From: Octopus bimaculoides
Lineage: Eukaryota
Assembly (NCBI RefSeq): GCF_001194135.2
Contig: NC_068982.1
Location: 37,392,680 to 37,456,679, forward strand
Reading direction: 5' to 3'
DNA: 64,000 bases
The notes under the pieces are model-generated. The model was given only the letters and a program-made list of their open reading frames with translations. It was not told where the DNA came from and made no database searches. Shown here piece after piece: positions 27,381 through 41,243 of this stretch. A program made the translations under genes and the position numbers. The first letter of the stretch is position 1, and every line of letters begins with the position of its first letter.

Positions 27381-29364
27381 GCTCATTGCTTTCTCCTTAT
27401 CCATTATTTGTGTGCACATTTATGAATCAAATATTTAATGGGTGACAGGTCCTATACATTGCAATAAAATTTTGAATTTAATTATCTACTCACTGATTTA
27501 TTCTTAGGGGTCATCCTAAGTCAGGAGATTTTTCAAAATATAAATGATATGATCATGTGATGTGCAAAATGAATTTTTTTTTTCTTTCTTTCTTTATTCT
27601 TTATAAGAAAAATGTTCTGCTTCAAAAGTTTTGCTTTGAAAGTAATTCTTTTGATCTACAATTATTTATGAAATGTCTAAATACAATGATGCAAGTGTTT
27701 GGCACTTTAGGGAAAGGCATATATTCTTTCTTATTCTCCTTAGTTCTCACTTTTCCCTTTGCCCTCCAGGTTTCATGTTGGTGTAAATTTTTATAACTAC
27801 ATTATTTTATTCCGCTCACACCTCAGTTATAGGTTATATTTTAATTAGTTCTCTGTTTTCATCTCAATTTCATCAACTCGGTCAATACTATCTCTTCCAT
27901 CCTTCCTTCACTCTTCCCTTCTGCATCTCTCTATTGCCCTTTCCTTTCTCTTTCTGTCTCTCCTAACCCCAAATAAACTATTTCTGCATCATTTGCCACA
28001 TCATTGTCAGACAAGTGCTTTGCAGAGGAAGTGAAGCAGTTCACTGATCAAAGTGTTCTTTGTTAAACTAAAGACAGCTACATCACTTTTAAGACAACTA
28101 TTGTTGCTTGTGTAATTAATGGGCAAAGAAACCAAGCAGTTACTATTGACTAATTCAACTTTCTCCCCATCCTTACATAGCTCTCTTCTTTCTCTCTATT
28201 TTGATTGTCTTTTGAAATATTCTGCTCTTTCTGTCTTCATATTTCTTCCTCACCTCTCATGCTTTTTTTCTCTTTCTCTCCATCTCTTTCTCTTTTTCTC
28301 CCTCTCTCTATCTTTCACACATACACACACTACTTATGCATAATATATGTATGTGTAATGTTATGAATATTTGTATATTGAATAAAGCTAACATTGTCAT
28401 GAATGTTCTTTCTCTATAATTCCTTAGCACATGCACGTGCACACATACAATATGCACACACACATACACACACAAAACACCTATCGTATTAATTATTTTT
28501 TTTTTTCTTTTCTTTTCTATCATCGTTGTTTTCCCAATAGAATCTATTGACTATAGAGTGATTTTATCAGAGTGCTAGCTGCTTCCACTACAGCCACACT
28601 AACTGAATGAAGTGGCAGCAGCTATTGAATATGTGTGTGTTGTCAGTGGTGGTGACATGGTGGGGGGAATCTGAAATAAGAAATGGTGTATTGAGATGAA
28701 AACAATAAGCTTTCATCAAACATTAGAGGCTTCTGAAAACAGTCAGAAAATATATACACACACATATGTAGTTCAGTAGCCTAAATAATTGCTCGGAGAG
28801 GGGGAAAAAAAGTACTATCGATAGTGTTAATTAGCAATAGCATTAAAAAAGGAAAAGAAAAAAAAAGGAACCTACGGGTGTTACTAAAATACTTATTAAT
28901 GTTACTGTTGAGGCTTTTAGGTTAGACCTCTGCTGCTATCATATGGATAATAGGGAAATGTATTACATTTCTTGTTCATCTTGTCAGCTTTGTCTTGTTG
29001 CCAGTCAGCATCATCTGTTGCCGTTTTGCCGTTGTGGCAGTAGCTGCTTCTGTCACTAGAGCCAGTGCTGCTACCATGCTGCGGTACTCTGTGCTAATAG
29101 TATGTGTTGTTGTACTGACTCTATAAGTGATGCTAGTCACTGTTGACACTTCCTCCTTAAACTGGATTTTCTGGGATCAAACATGGCTCTTGGAAAGATA
29201 GCAGTGGAGATAACGATAGTGACAACAACTACAAACTTGATGTTTTCAAAGTTCTGGTTTCATTCATCACTGTTACCAGAACCTCGGTGTATTCAAGTCA
29301 TTTGTACTAAAACATTATCAAAGACGTGTGCTTGTGATCATCTTTACTAGTAACCACACTCACA

Positions 29365-29367
<3 letters not shown>

Positions 29368-29400
<33 letters not shown>
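29368..29400. repeat. (CT)n microsatellite
   Basis: Directly visible. Confidence 0.95.
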
Positions 29401-29405
<5 letters not shown>

Positions 29406-32400
29406 CCATATTACCTGTCATTTAATGTGGACCGCATTATGTTATATGAATTATGCTCATCTCCTGTTCAACTATAACTTGGTAAGTAAATCTCACCTCT
29501 TTCTCCCTCCCACTTTCTCTTGTTTACTCTCTCCTCTCTCTCCATACAAACACACACACACACACACACAGCTATCTAGCCACCAAACTTTTTTATCTTT
29601 TCATCATCTGAATCCCTCTACCACCACTCTCATCTCTTTCCTTTACACAACTTCAGCTTGTTGATTTATTTATATATCTATGTTTTCAAAATACTAAGAG
29701 ATAATGATTGTCTCTCTTCAATGGATTAACACGCTAAAATAAAACATTATTAAAACATATATTCAAGTTTAACAAGACTATAATTTGTTCCCTTTTCCTA
29801 TCATCATCAGAATAAAATATTTTGAACAAACTGATAAGAGTGACCTGCTGCTGACAAGTTGATCTTCCAGAATAGTGGCTAAAGGATAAATTAAACATGT
29901 AAAGAAAATCAAATTAAGTCTCTACTCATAGCAGAGGTTTCACATCATTCAGCTGTATTTTATCTGTGAACAATTGAATAACTGACATGTTATTAAATTA
30001 TCAACATAAGTTTCTAAAGCCCAGTATGCTTAACCTGGGGCTGTCAATAATGATTAAAAATCTGACACCTCCTAGGTGTCAGGTTCACATGTTTAGTTAA
30101 GCTTCAACTGAAGATAGCTCAATACCTACAGATAGTTATATTGATATGCATACCCTTACTCTATCAATTTTTAATTTATAACTTAGAAGATTATAGATTA
30201 ATATAATTATTAAATATGTTAATCAAATATTTTTGTCTATTTAACAACCAGCTGACTTAGTTGTCTAACCTTTCAAGAGTTACATGGCTGGCACTGACAC
30301 ACTGATCAAGTCTTACTTCAAAACTTCATGACCAGTGATAGTGTAATATTAATCTGCTGAATTATTGTATCACATGACTTGTACTTATATTGTTATACAT
30401 ATATGTGGATATTATATATCTTAGAAATCATACAGTACAGAAAGTACATATAGCAAAAACGAAAAGATAATTATAATACCAATTGTGATGAAGTTAATAC
30501 TCTGAATTTGAAGACTATCTCAGAAATATAATCAATGAAAGAAAATGTCAGATTGTAGAAGATTCATCTGACATCTATAATCACTGATTGTAAATTATTG
30601 TTTAGAAAACATGAGTGATGTAAATGAATGCGAAATTTGAGTCAAAGCCGTTGCATGCTTATATATACTTTCATTGAATGGATTCTTATTTGGTAACTAA
30701 CTTTTGAGAATAGTTGTTTCAGTTTAAAATTTTCTTAGTAACTAACATTGAATACACACACACACACATCCATTTCTGTTTTCTTTTTATTATGATGACA
30801 TGGAGGATTTTGCAGTCTGACATGTCATCAATCATCTTAATCATATACCATGAAAATGAAAATATCTTCAGCTCTGATTTCATAAATTTTTGAAGTACTT
30901 TCTCTGCCAGTAAAGGTAACTCATTTTAAAAGGTAAAGATTGGTGTTAGTGGTTTTTTGTCACATCTAACCATGGGTCTATGTCTCTATCATTTGGCCAT
31001 AATGTACTCATTTTCTCCATAATATACTAATAGTTTCCTATGTGGTTGCACTTCCATCTTTCAATTTCCACAAACAAGTTGCTTGGTATGATGCCTCAAT
31101 GTCTAATTACCTGTCCATTCCACTAGGTAGCCCAGCTTTTTTCAATAATCTCTCATACATTAGGTAAATTGACATGCCTTACATCAAATCCCACCAAAGT
31201 TTCTATACCACTGAAAGTGACCCATGTCAAAAAGTAAACACACCTATTAAAGGATAATCCCCAACACAAATACTGTGACAGCAACCCATCTAGGAGAGCA
31301 ATTGCTCTGAAATAAACTGAGAAAGAGCAGGGGAAGCTCTTTGGCAACACCATGATATCTATAGATCATAAATGAAAACTTGGTTTACAGTTTTATCTTG
31401 CACTCATGTTTAGAATACTCATTTCCTCCTCCTCCTCCCCTTTTGGGGTGGGGAAATTACCTTTTTTTTTAGGAGGTCAAATGACATCCCTCTTTGGTAT
31501 AGAAAGTATCAGTCAAAGACTGAGATTGATACTTCATTCTCTTTGTCCTCACTCTCAGTTATACTTTATTGTGAGAGGGTAACCACTCACAATGCATCTT
31601 TCCTTCAAGAAATTAAGGAGGATTAGGTTAAGGGCTAGTAACCTCTTCTCATTTAGCATACTACAGAAAAGACACCTTCAAAGAACCCATAATACAAAGC
31701 AATTGTGGACAGACCAAGAAACCCCATGAGTTTATTTCTAAATTCTCACAAGGACCAAAATTTGTTCACATATAACCGACTTACCATTTCTTGTTTCTTA
31801 CATAGAAAAAATATCAAAAGGCTTAATAGTAAATAAGACATAATAAATATTTGGTTTTCATTAAGTTATAAGAAATAATAACAGAATAACACTCTGTTGA
31901 TGAAAGAATAAATGGAGAAATCACAGAAACCTGTTCTTGATATGAGATTATAATAATCAATCTTAATATTATTAACATTTGAAAAGTTGCCAAACAAGAT
32001 TCTAATGATATCTTAACATAATGACATCACTATCTTTTCAATTATGGTAACTTATGATCTATAATGTAATGCATTTGATGACTGGTCAGAAATTTGGTAT
32101 ATTAATCACCTTTCACAATATATTGAGTTGTCAGCAACAATACATGGAATTGCCAATATAGAGCTTCAAGATAAAATCTACTAATAAGTCATAATCTCAG
32201 CAGTACAAAAATGTATTTTCTTCTTATACAAAATAACACTTAGTTCAAAGAAGATTATTTTATATAGTTAAAAGATCAGATTTACAAGAGGATGAATATG
32301 AGATTGTTTGACATTCATGCCTTTTACAACGAATATAATTACTGCTTGTCTATACTTATACTCTACTCCATATTGGGTTTCAGATTATTAGTATATTAAT

Positions 32401-33239
32401 AGTTGAGATTGTAACAAGCTAATATTTTCAACTTCTCTAATGCTTCTTGCTTCCAGTTTGAAAACATTCAATTTACATTCAATGGCATTAAATTGTGTGA
32501 TTATATAATTGCAAAAGGATACCAATTTAGCAATCTATTTTGTACTGTGTATGAAAGAGAACTTTATCATTAGTGAGGACAATGGAATTATTTCTTCATA
32601 AAATAAATTTGAAGTTTTGCTTGCCTGAGATATTAACATTAAAAATAGAAGATATGCAAAACAAAAAAGAAAAAGAAGGATTAATATAATGCACCTAATT
32701 ATGGACATTTGAAGATTTTCTCTCCATGTACTGTGTTTAGGATAATTTTTGAAAGGTTTTTCATGGCATAGTCAGAGGAAGAATAGTGTCCAAGACCTTT
32801 TTCAGAACAACTGATACAAGTAGAAAGTTATTTTCAGACCAGGGATCCAGCCAAATTGCTTGAAACCAAGTAAATTCTGCCAAAGGCATCCAAGGACTGA
32901 TAGTGGGGGTAAACCAAACAAGAGATTAAGTAAACCACCAAGAATAGGATTGGTACTTCCAACAGGTTTCCGCACAATTTCCATCTGTTAACTTTTATCT
33001 ATAAGCCTTTGGTCTACCCAAGACTTTGGTAGAAGACACTTGCTCAAAGTTCTATACAGTGGGATCAAACTTGTGACCATGGACTTGTAAAGCAAACTTC
33101 TTAACCATACAGCTATGCCTGCGAACCAACAAAACACATCAATGTTTTAGAACTGCTTTAACTTAGAGCAATGAACATTCCACTTTATGTTGTTTGCTTT
33201 TGATGGACTGAGTTGCTGTAATTTAAGTGCTAGTAACTG

Positions 33240-34489
33240 TCAGGTCATTAAGAATGAAATGTCTGATTTTCTTATGCTCCAAGTTTGACAGTCGTTAACT
33301 TTAATGTTTTATTCTGACAATTCTTTGTTTTACAACATTGAAGAGTTACATCATCACTTTTCAAAATGCAATTCATGATGTCTGATTATATTGTGAGTTT
33401 TCTCTTGTAAATCAATTTTTGTGAACCCATGGATAGATAAAAAATTTGTGTTGTTTATGAATATGAATTCCATCACTGAACCAATGCATCCCAGACAGCT
33501 TGAAACATCAATGAGGTGTTTGGTGAAGGTGTGGTGAATGAGCACACTGTATGTCATTCGTTGAGAAGTTCTGGTTTGGTGACTTTACACTTGAAAATCA
33601 GCCCTAGACTAAGGTGGATAATGATAAGCTGGAAACTGTAGTGGAAGCAGATACATCTCAAACTACACAAGTTAGCAGCAAGGTTTGATGTTTTGATTCC
33701 AACTATATTGGACCATGTGAAACAAATCGGCATGGTAAAGAAGCTGGACAAGTGAGTACCGCATGAAGTGAACAAGCATCAAATGAGGTGTCATCTTGAA
33801 ACTTGCTGTTCTGTGCTGTCACGGCATAAAAGTGAACCATTTTTTGCATCGTATTGTTATGTGTGATGAAAAATGGATTCTTTTCAACAATACAAAGCGT
33901 TCTGCACAGTAGTTTGATAGAGATGAAGTATCAAAACACAAACCAAAAAAGAATATTCACCAAAAAAACTAATGGTGTCTGTTTGATGGTCCAGTGCTGG
34001 TGTCATCCACTACAGCTACATGAGGCGTGATAAGTCAATTACAGCAGATGTATACATCAACCAATTGGATGAAATGATGAGTGAACTTGCAATTAAACAA
34101 CTGAGATTGGTCAATAGAGACAGACCAATTCTCTTGCAAGACAAATCTCGAACACATGTTGCACAAAGAACGCTATTCGAGTTACAGGAACTGAACTCGG
34201 AAGTACTCTGTCATCCGCCATATTCACCAGACCGACTGACTATCACGTTTTCCAGGCATTAGACAACTTTTTGCAAAGAAAAAACTTCAAATCTGAACAG
34301 CTTTTCAGGATTTCATCACCTCTTGCTCTCCAGAATTTTTCACTGCCGGCATAAATAAGCTAGAGATAAAATGGCAAAATTGTGTTGATAATTTAGGTGC
34401 ATACTTTAATTAACTGCATTGCTTTTTGTTGAGATAAAGTAAAATAAACTTTCAGTTCAAAATCAGACATTTCATTCTTAATGACCTGA
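33240..34489 (+). mobile_element. Full-length (1250 bp) mariner with pseudogenised DD34D transposase
   Basis: Identical 31-bp TIRs tcaggtcattaagaatgaaatgtctgatttt; TA on the right and TG (mutated TA) on the left; motifs (W)VPHE, CDEKW, LLQDKSRTH, HPPYSPD; multiple stops and frameshifts. Confidence 0.95.
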
Positions 34490-36505
34490 TAGATATGAAT
34501 TTTTGTCTGAAATCTACTCAATCTTTATCACTTTCATAGCTTGCATTAGATCTAAGGATTAGACTGAATGACAATAACTTAGAAAATAGATATATGGTTA
34601 AATGCTAGTGAAAAGAGATTGATATGTATGGAGAAGAAAATTAAAAAAAGGATTCTAGTTTTAAGGTCAAAGAAAATTGGAATTAAGATTGTACAACCCA
34701 GACTGGAAGAGTCAGAATTAAAAGGTGAATGACCACAGGGCATACTAAAAAAAAAAGATTAGTCCAGGAGATATGAATGTTGTTTTAAGCAAAACCCTTC
34801 TTTAGGGACAAAAAATTGAGTATTTAAAGTATTACTAAGCAAAACAGTAATATGTAATTTTTGTGAAAACAGATATTTGTAAATAAGAACAATAACAAAC
34901 ATGTAGTTTGCTTTATTTATGGGAGACCAACATTATTATATTGCTGAAAACCATTATTACTTTGTCTTGGTAGCACTGATACAGTGTACTTGATTGTTTA
35001 TGTATATACAATAAAACTCTATCAATGATTATTAAAGAATGAAACTCCTTTGGGAAACATGATATTTTATATGAGATTGTGTATTAATTATTTAGATAAA
35101 ATGTATATATCAGTCCCACATAGTGGACAATAGTTAAATTAACATAGTGAGTGAGAACTCATTAGGTTATACTGAACATTGATTGATAGGCTGTCTAAAG
35201 CTGTACATATCTTCACTTAGAGATCATGTCTTGTTTACACAGGTTTGTTGAAATTACTAGCCCCAAAAATCAATGATTTACATGAGAATGAGATTGAGTT
35301 TGTATGTGTGTGTCCCTGTGTATTTATTAGGGATTAATATGGTTGTGTATTTTATAGATTTTTGTATGCAAAAGTGCTCTCTTTCTCTTGCACACACACT
35401 TGTGTGTGTGTGTGTCTGTACATGCAAATATATATATATATATTATTTATGCATTTCTGTGTAACCTGAGTATACTTAGTAATGTGTATATTAACCCCAC
35501 CAAACTGAATGTTAGTGTGAATGTGAAATCTATAATTCTTTTCTAGTATTATCTCAGATTGTATCACTTCCATAGCATGGAGTTAACTGACCATTTAAAT
35601 ATATTAATAAGTAATCAATCAAAATATAAATGCTTTAAAATGTACTGCTCATGTGCTACATGCATATTCACTAAGAAAAATGTTTTTTCCCCCCTCTCCT
35701 CTTTAAAATCCTTATCTCTAGAATGCACACACTAAATTCTACAAATAGGTTCTTTGTGAAACAACACAGTAAAAAAATTAACTATTCTAATGCATTTATC
35801 TATCCAATTTCTAAAGAGCCAAATTCCATTGTTATCTCAAGAAATCCCACCAACACTGCCTCCCTCTTAGTCAAGTAATGAAAAATTGATTGTTTTCACT
35901 AGTTTCAAATTTGCTTCTTTGTTACTTGTGTTTGCGATACTTGTATGTATAATGATACAAGTATACTGAGGTACTATTTAAAGTATCTATTCATTTTAAA
36001 ACACTAACAAAGCTTGCATTCATAATTTTCTTAAGTTCTCTTGTGGAAAAAATAAAACACTTATCATGAATTATGTGTTCATTTCTCATCACCCAGCTAT
36101 GTAATCATTTACAAATTGCTCTTTTTTCTAATTCCTGTGTATTTATCTTACTTCCCAAAATGGTTCTCAGTTAAACAACCATTGGCTTTGATAAGCTTCT
36201 CTCCCTTTTCCTCTCTTCCCATCCACATGTATGCACATTCATTGTGATATTTATATCAGGGAAGCCAAAATGAAATATTAATATAATAATCTTGAAGTGG
36301 CTATACTTTGTTGCTAATCGTCATGTGGCCAGCATAGATTATTAGGTATCAGTCTACTACATTTGACAAGTTAATTGTTATTTATGAAATTCAAATCTTT
36401 CTTTTATTCATTTATTTTATTGAAAGCTTCAGACCATTTTTTTTATTAATGGTAAATTTTGTGACAGCATATCTTAAATGAGAATTTTCCATTTTCTCTT
36501 TACAG

Positions 36506-36574
36506 TCCACAGCCCTCCCCCCAGCACAGTATATCTCAGGACATGCATTCTCGGCTGGAACTTTATGCAAACAG
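36506..36574 (+). CDS. DMD: Dystrophin exon (exon 72 equivalent, 69 nt, symmetric phase 2-2)
   Basis: ttttctctttacag acceptor, AG|gtttgt donor; (S)PQPSPQHSISQDMHSRLELYAN(R), matching SPQLSHDDTHSRIEHYASR. Confidence 0.92.
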
Positions 36575-36609
36575 GTTTGTTCATTATTTTATTTTCCTTC
36601 TATTAAAGG

Positions 36610-37360
36610 ATAACTAAATAATTTGTGTGTTATTGGCAAAGGCATGGCTTGTGGTTCAAAAGTTCATTGTGCAATTTTGTGGTCTCAGGGTAAGTTTTGT
36701 CTTCTATAATAATAGTATCAGGTTTACTAGAAAATTGGTAGACAGAATCTGTACTGAAACCCATTGTGTATGTTTGTCTCCAAATGTCTTTGTATTGACA
36801 CCACATGGACAGTGGTTGCCTTTGTTTACTTCTTGCTTAAACAATATGTCCTGCAGCTTCCGAGTTCAATATAGAATGAAGTACCTTACTTGAAAACAGA
36901 TAATGGTTGGCATCAGGAAGGGCATCCAGCCAAAGAATACTGGCTCAGGATGTCTTACCCAAATATGTGCATGTGTGTGTGTTATGTATTGACACTGGCA
37001 TGGCTATATGGTTTAAGAAGTTTGCTTCAGGTTACCCCCACTGCATGGCACCTTAGATAGTGGAGGGATTTAGTAAACTGAAACAGAATGTGGCTCGTCT
37101 TGTATGTGTTAGTGTGTGTGCATGTGCAACGTTTATAATCCATGCTCGTCCACGTTTGAGCAAAGGAGTGGTGACAATGACATTCCTTGTAAACATTATG
37201 GCTGTCACTCAATGCTTTCAATCTGTGCAATAAAAAAATATCCCTGCTTGCAAAACAAATAAGAATTAGTGATAGGAAGAGCATCCAGCCATAAAATCTT
37301 GCTTTATGTAATTCTGTCCAAGCCCATGCTAGCATGAAAAAACACAGGCTTTAAGTGAAT
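36610..37360 (+). mobile_element. Two decayed SINE copies just downstream of the 69-nt exon
   Basis: Heads ggcatggcttgtggtt / ggcatggctatatggtt; tails aggaagggcatccagcc and cccatgctagcatgaaaaa. Confidence 0.65.
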
Positions 37361-37819
37361 GAACAATAATATGTAAATTTATGTAAAAACATGTCAGTGT
37401 GAAATACAAAAATGAGAAAAATTTGGCAAGGATATTTAGTACTTAGAAGTTATATTATAACAGAATATATTAAAAATCTTTAGGATATCATTTGCATATT
37501 GATTTTGACAATAACTTTTTTAATCCCCAAAAAGTTCCATTGATACTAACCTGAGACCTCCCCTAGTTCTTTGATACAAACTTCTTGCTTTAAAGTGACC
37601 AAGTTAAACCTTTCCAATAAAATTTCATGTTAATTTATGTTTCAAACACCAGTTTAAAAAGTAACAAGGACAAGGTTGTTTCATTAATGTTTTAGTTTCA
37701 AAATCAATTGAAACAAAGGCAGTTTTATTTCAATAGAAATATGGTTTAAAGTAATGTAACCCACTTTATTGTCAGTCCAACAGAAACTAGTGATTGATTA
37801 GTTATATTTTGATTTCCAG

Positions 37820-37864
37820 ATTAGCAGAAGTTGAACAAAGACAAGGATATTCAACTCCAGACTC
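37820..37864 (+). CDS. DMD: Dystrophin micro-exon (exon 73 equivalent, 45 nt, symmetric phase 2-2)
   Basis: gatttccag acceptor, TC|gtaagt donor; LAEVEQRQGYSTPD(S) continues the conserved RLAE motif. Confidence 0.9.
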
Positions 37865-39851
37865 GTAAGTATTTATGAATATTTTTCTCAACATTGACGT
37901 TGATTTCCTCGCATTTTTTTTAGACATGGCCCTCATTTAGAATATTACTTGGGAAATATTTCAAGTTCAGAATTGGTGCAGGATTGTATGAAGGACATTT
38001 ATATTTTCAAATTAAGTGTAGATGCAAGCAGGATGATTCATACAATACAGAAATAAAAACAGTAGACACTTGATTTTTTTTTTTTATTCTCTATCATATG
38101 GGTCATTTCTATATGTATCTATGTATGTCTTTTAATAATGACCTAATTACTACTTTCACAAATTCAGTGAGGTCTATGTTTTGCAAGGGAGATTTAATAA
38201 AACCAAAATTTCTTTAGATTTGTCTGTTGAACTTGATAAAATAATTAAAATTTTATTAATCATAATATTGTCATTTTTTTACCGCATAGTCATTCTTAAT
38301 TTACTTTTTAATGCTCACTGTATTAAATATAAATGTGAAATCATAGTCAATGGCTTATGCCAGTGACATGTAAAAAGCACCGTTGGATGAAAAGCAAAGT
38401 CAACCTCAGCCAATATAGACCATAGATGGTTGAAAATTCAAGTTACTGGATAACCAGTGGGAAGCTACTGAACCAACACTGTCTGTGGTGTGTAGTCAAG
38501 ACTTTTAACATTCAAATAGTGTAATCAGTGTTTCCCATGGATTGGGGTGGTCCTGGGGCAGGTAACTTGCCGTGTTTAATAAAATTGGTCGGTTTTTAAA
38601 GTTTTAAACTTGTCCAACACTGGTGTAAAAAAGAGATATGGATGCAAAATCTTTTGTCTTGATAATGAGAAAGAAGACAAAGTGAGCCAAAAAAACTAAT
38701 AATTGGATAGGGACTGATGTTTGTCACTTTGAGACTAGGTAGGTTAAACTAAACCACTGCTGGGCCTACTCTACTTAACTGAAAATAGGTAACACAATGT
38801 AGGAATATCTCTGCTCTAAACAGCAACATCACTATACAATTGGTTTGCTGGATATGGGTGTGTATGGCTTTTCACTGATTGCAGGCTGTGTATAGTGGCT
38901 CATGTGTTATAACCCTGATAGCCAATTAACTCATCACATGCACGCATACACACACACACAGCCGTTCATGTTGACATTTTCTGTGGCCATAAAGCTTAAC
39001 CAGCATATCCAGTCAATGAATCATCTTTATGTTAGGTTCTGTTATTTTTACTTTTTTTCCCCACATCTCTGGCTTTCTCAGAGAAAAACTGGCAACACTT
39101 TTCAGGATTTCCAAGACTGGTTGGAGGAAATTATATTGAAATCTGAGCTGAATGTGTGCAACAGAACAGATTCTGCTAAAGGCTGTTGGTGGTGTTAAGC
39201 AATGGTTTAATTTAGAATCTTGAGATTAAAACTTAGATGCCCATTGTTATAGTGTGTCAATTCATTAGGTTTCTTTTAGAATATTTAATTTGTACAATGT
39301 TTTGCTTAGTTTTTTTTTTTTTTTTTTTTTTTTTTTTGTGAGGTAAAAATGTTTAAAGAACTCCTGTTTGTCTATTTCATTACTTGTGTTACTGAGTGAT
39401 AGTTACAGTTGTATATGAAACCAGTTTAGCTTCACAACTATAAGACTCTTAACTGAAATATGATGTAATATTACATTGAAAATAAATTCTAAAAGGGCTG
39501 TTATAGCCATCATAACAACAATACATTTAATGATTAGCTGGCTGGCATATCAAATCATTCTAATCATGACTGGAAATTAGATATTCCACAGGTTACTTGC
39601 CATTATTTGTTTCTATTCTAAAGAAGCAATGACAATTTGAATTACTGAAAATATTTAAAAGATCTAATAAATATTTTAGTCTTAATGCATGTTAAGATGC
39701 TTGTTTGTATTTTATACATTTTTTTTTTTTACTTTACAAAGCTCTAAATCTAATTTTTCAGTGCCAAATAAGGTTTTTCTTCAAAATATTTGCATAGAAT
39801 TTTTATTTGATAAATTTCTCATTACCATTTTATTCATTCCACTTTTATTAG

Positions 39852-39918
39852 AGAAGATGAACATCACCTTATAGCCCAATATTGTCAAAGTCTAAATGGA
39901 GATACTTCATCTAATGTA
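39852..39918 (+). CDS. DMD: Dystrophin exon (first part of exon 74 equivalent; syntrophin-binding motif; 67 nt, phase 2-0)
   Basis: ttttattag acceptor, GTA|gtaagt donor; EDEHHLIAQYCQSLNGDTSSNV, matching DDEHLLIQHYCQSL. Confidence 0.93.
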
Positions 39919-40033
39919 GTAAGTAATCCTTTCATTTTCTTATAGGAATGATTGTGTGTGTGTGTGTGTGTGTGTGTGGTAGGTAGTCCTCACCAGAAGT
40001 ATTAAGTTTATAAGAACAGTCTGTTAGTTTAAA

Positions 40034-40192
40034 TCATCATCATCATCATCATCGTTTAACGTTCGCTTTCCATGCTAGCATGGGTTGGACGATTTGACTG
40101 AGGACTGGTGAAACCGGATGACAACACCAGGCTCCAATCTAATTTGGCAGAGTTTCTACAGCTGGATGCCCTTCCTAACGCCAACCACTCAG
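40034..40192 (-). mobile_element. Young 5'-truncated SINE/LINE tail with (ATG)n end
   Basis: Same tail family but with CpGs intact (cgtttaacgttcgc, taacgcc), unlike older copies in the window. Confidence 0.8.
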
Positions 40193-40661
40193 AAATGCTT
40201 TTATAAATTGTTTACTTTATGATTTCTGTGTATTGTTTTGAAATTGATTTTTAATTTGAGGAGTAATAGTACTTATAACTCATGAAAGCCTTTAAAGACT
40301 GGCTAGGTTAGTGTTTTTGTTGTTCAGTGTGGTTGATACATTTAATGTTCAGTTTGAGTTTATGCTTTTGAGTATCCATAGAGAGGATAGGAGTCCATGA
40401 GATTTCAATCCTGATGAGGTTGGGAGTGGAACTTAGACAAAATCTGGAGAGTGAGGTTCCTTAGAAACACTAGCTTATAAAAATGACACATTGTGTGGAA
40501 ATGTGTTGAATATGAAAACATGTATAATTTGTAATGGTAGTAATTTTGATAACAGTATCAAATAACACATTCAAACAGACATTGTTTTCTTTCAACATAC
40601 TATGATTTATTCTTCACTTTGGAAAGAAAATAATATATAAATACAATTTGATTAAATTGTA

Positions 40662-41065
40662 TTTTTATCCTGCATGCGCAAACGAAAGCTGGGGTATTGT
40701 AATCACTCGTCTTTGTGTGTTTGCAAAATTACTGGAAAACGGTTGAATGGATTTGCACGACATTTGGCAGAAATACTCATTGGGGGAGTGGCTCGAAATG
40801 ATGGGCATTTGGTTTGATTATCTTTTAAAAAAAAGAAAAAAAATCTGCATGTGTATAGATCATGGTATACCTATGCACATAGACACATGTGCATACATAC
40901 AACTCTGTGTGTGTGTGTGTAGATCATGGTGTACCTATGCATGTAGAAATGCATGCATACATACATAGATATGTGACTCTGTGCATATGTGTGTGTGTAC
41001 ACTGATGGATATGAGGGTTTCGTTTATTTACAAGTTGATTTCTTAATTTCACCGGAGTATAAATA
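40662..41065 (+). mobile_element. Possible Helentron/DINE-like non-autonomous element
   Basis: TTTTTATCC start, CpG-retaining core (gcgcaaacgaaagctggggtattgtaatcactcg), internal (TG)n tract, ccggagtataaat end. Class is inferred from architecture. Confidence 0.4.
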
Positions 41066-41243
41066 CCTATAATGGTGATACTTAAAAAAAATAATTAATT
41101 CAGTTCAATTAAAAAGCATGGGTAAGCAATGCATTGTAAGCCACACTATAATTTACAAATAAATTTCTCTGTGCATCACCCCTCCAATACCTTTTTTTCA
41201 TTTCATTTTTAAATGTTTTATTTCATGCTTGTGTTTTCATTAG

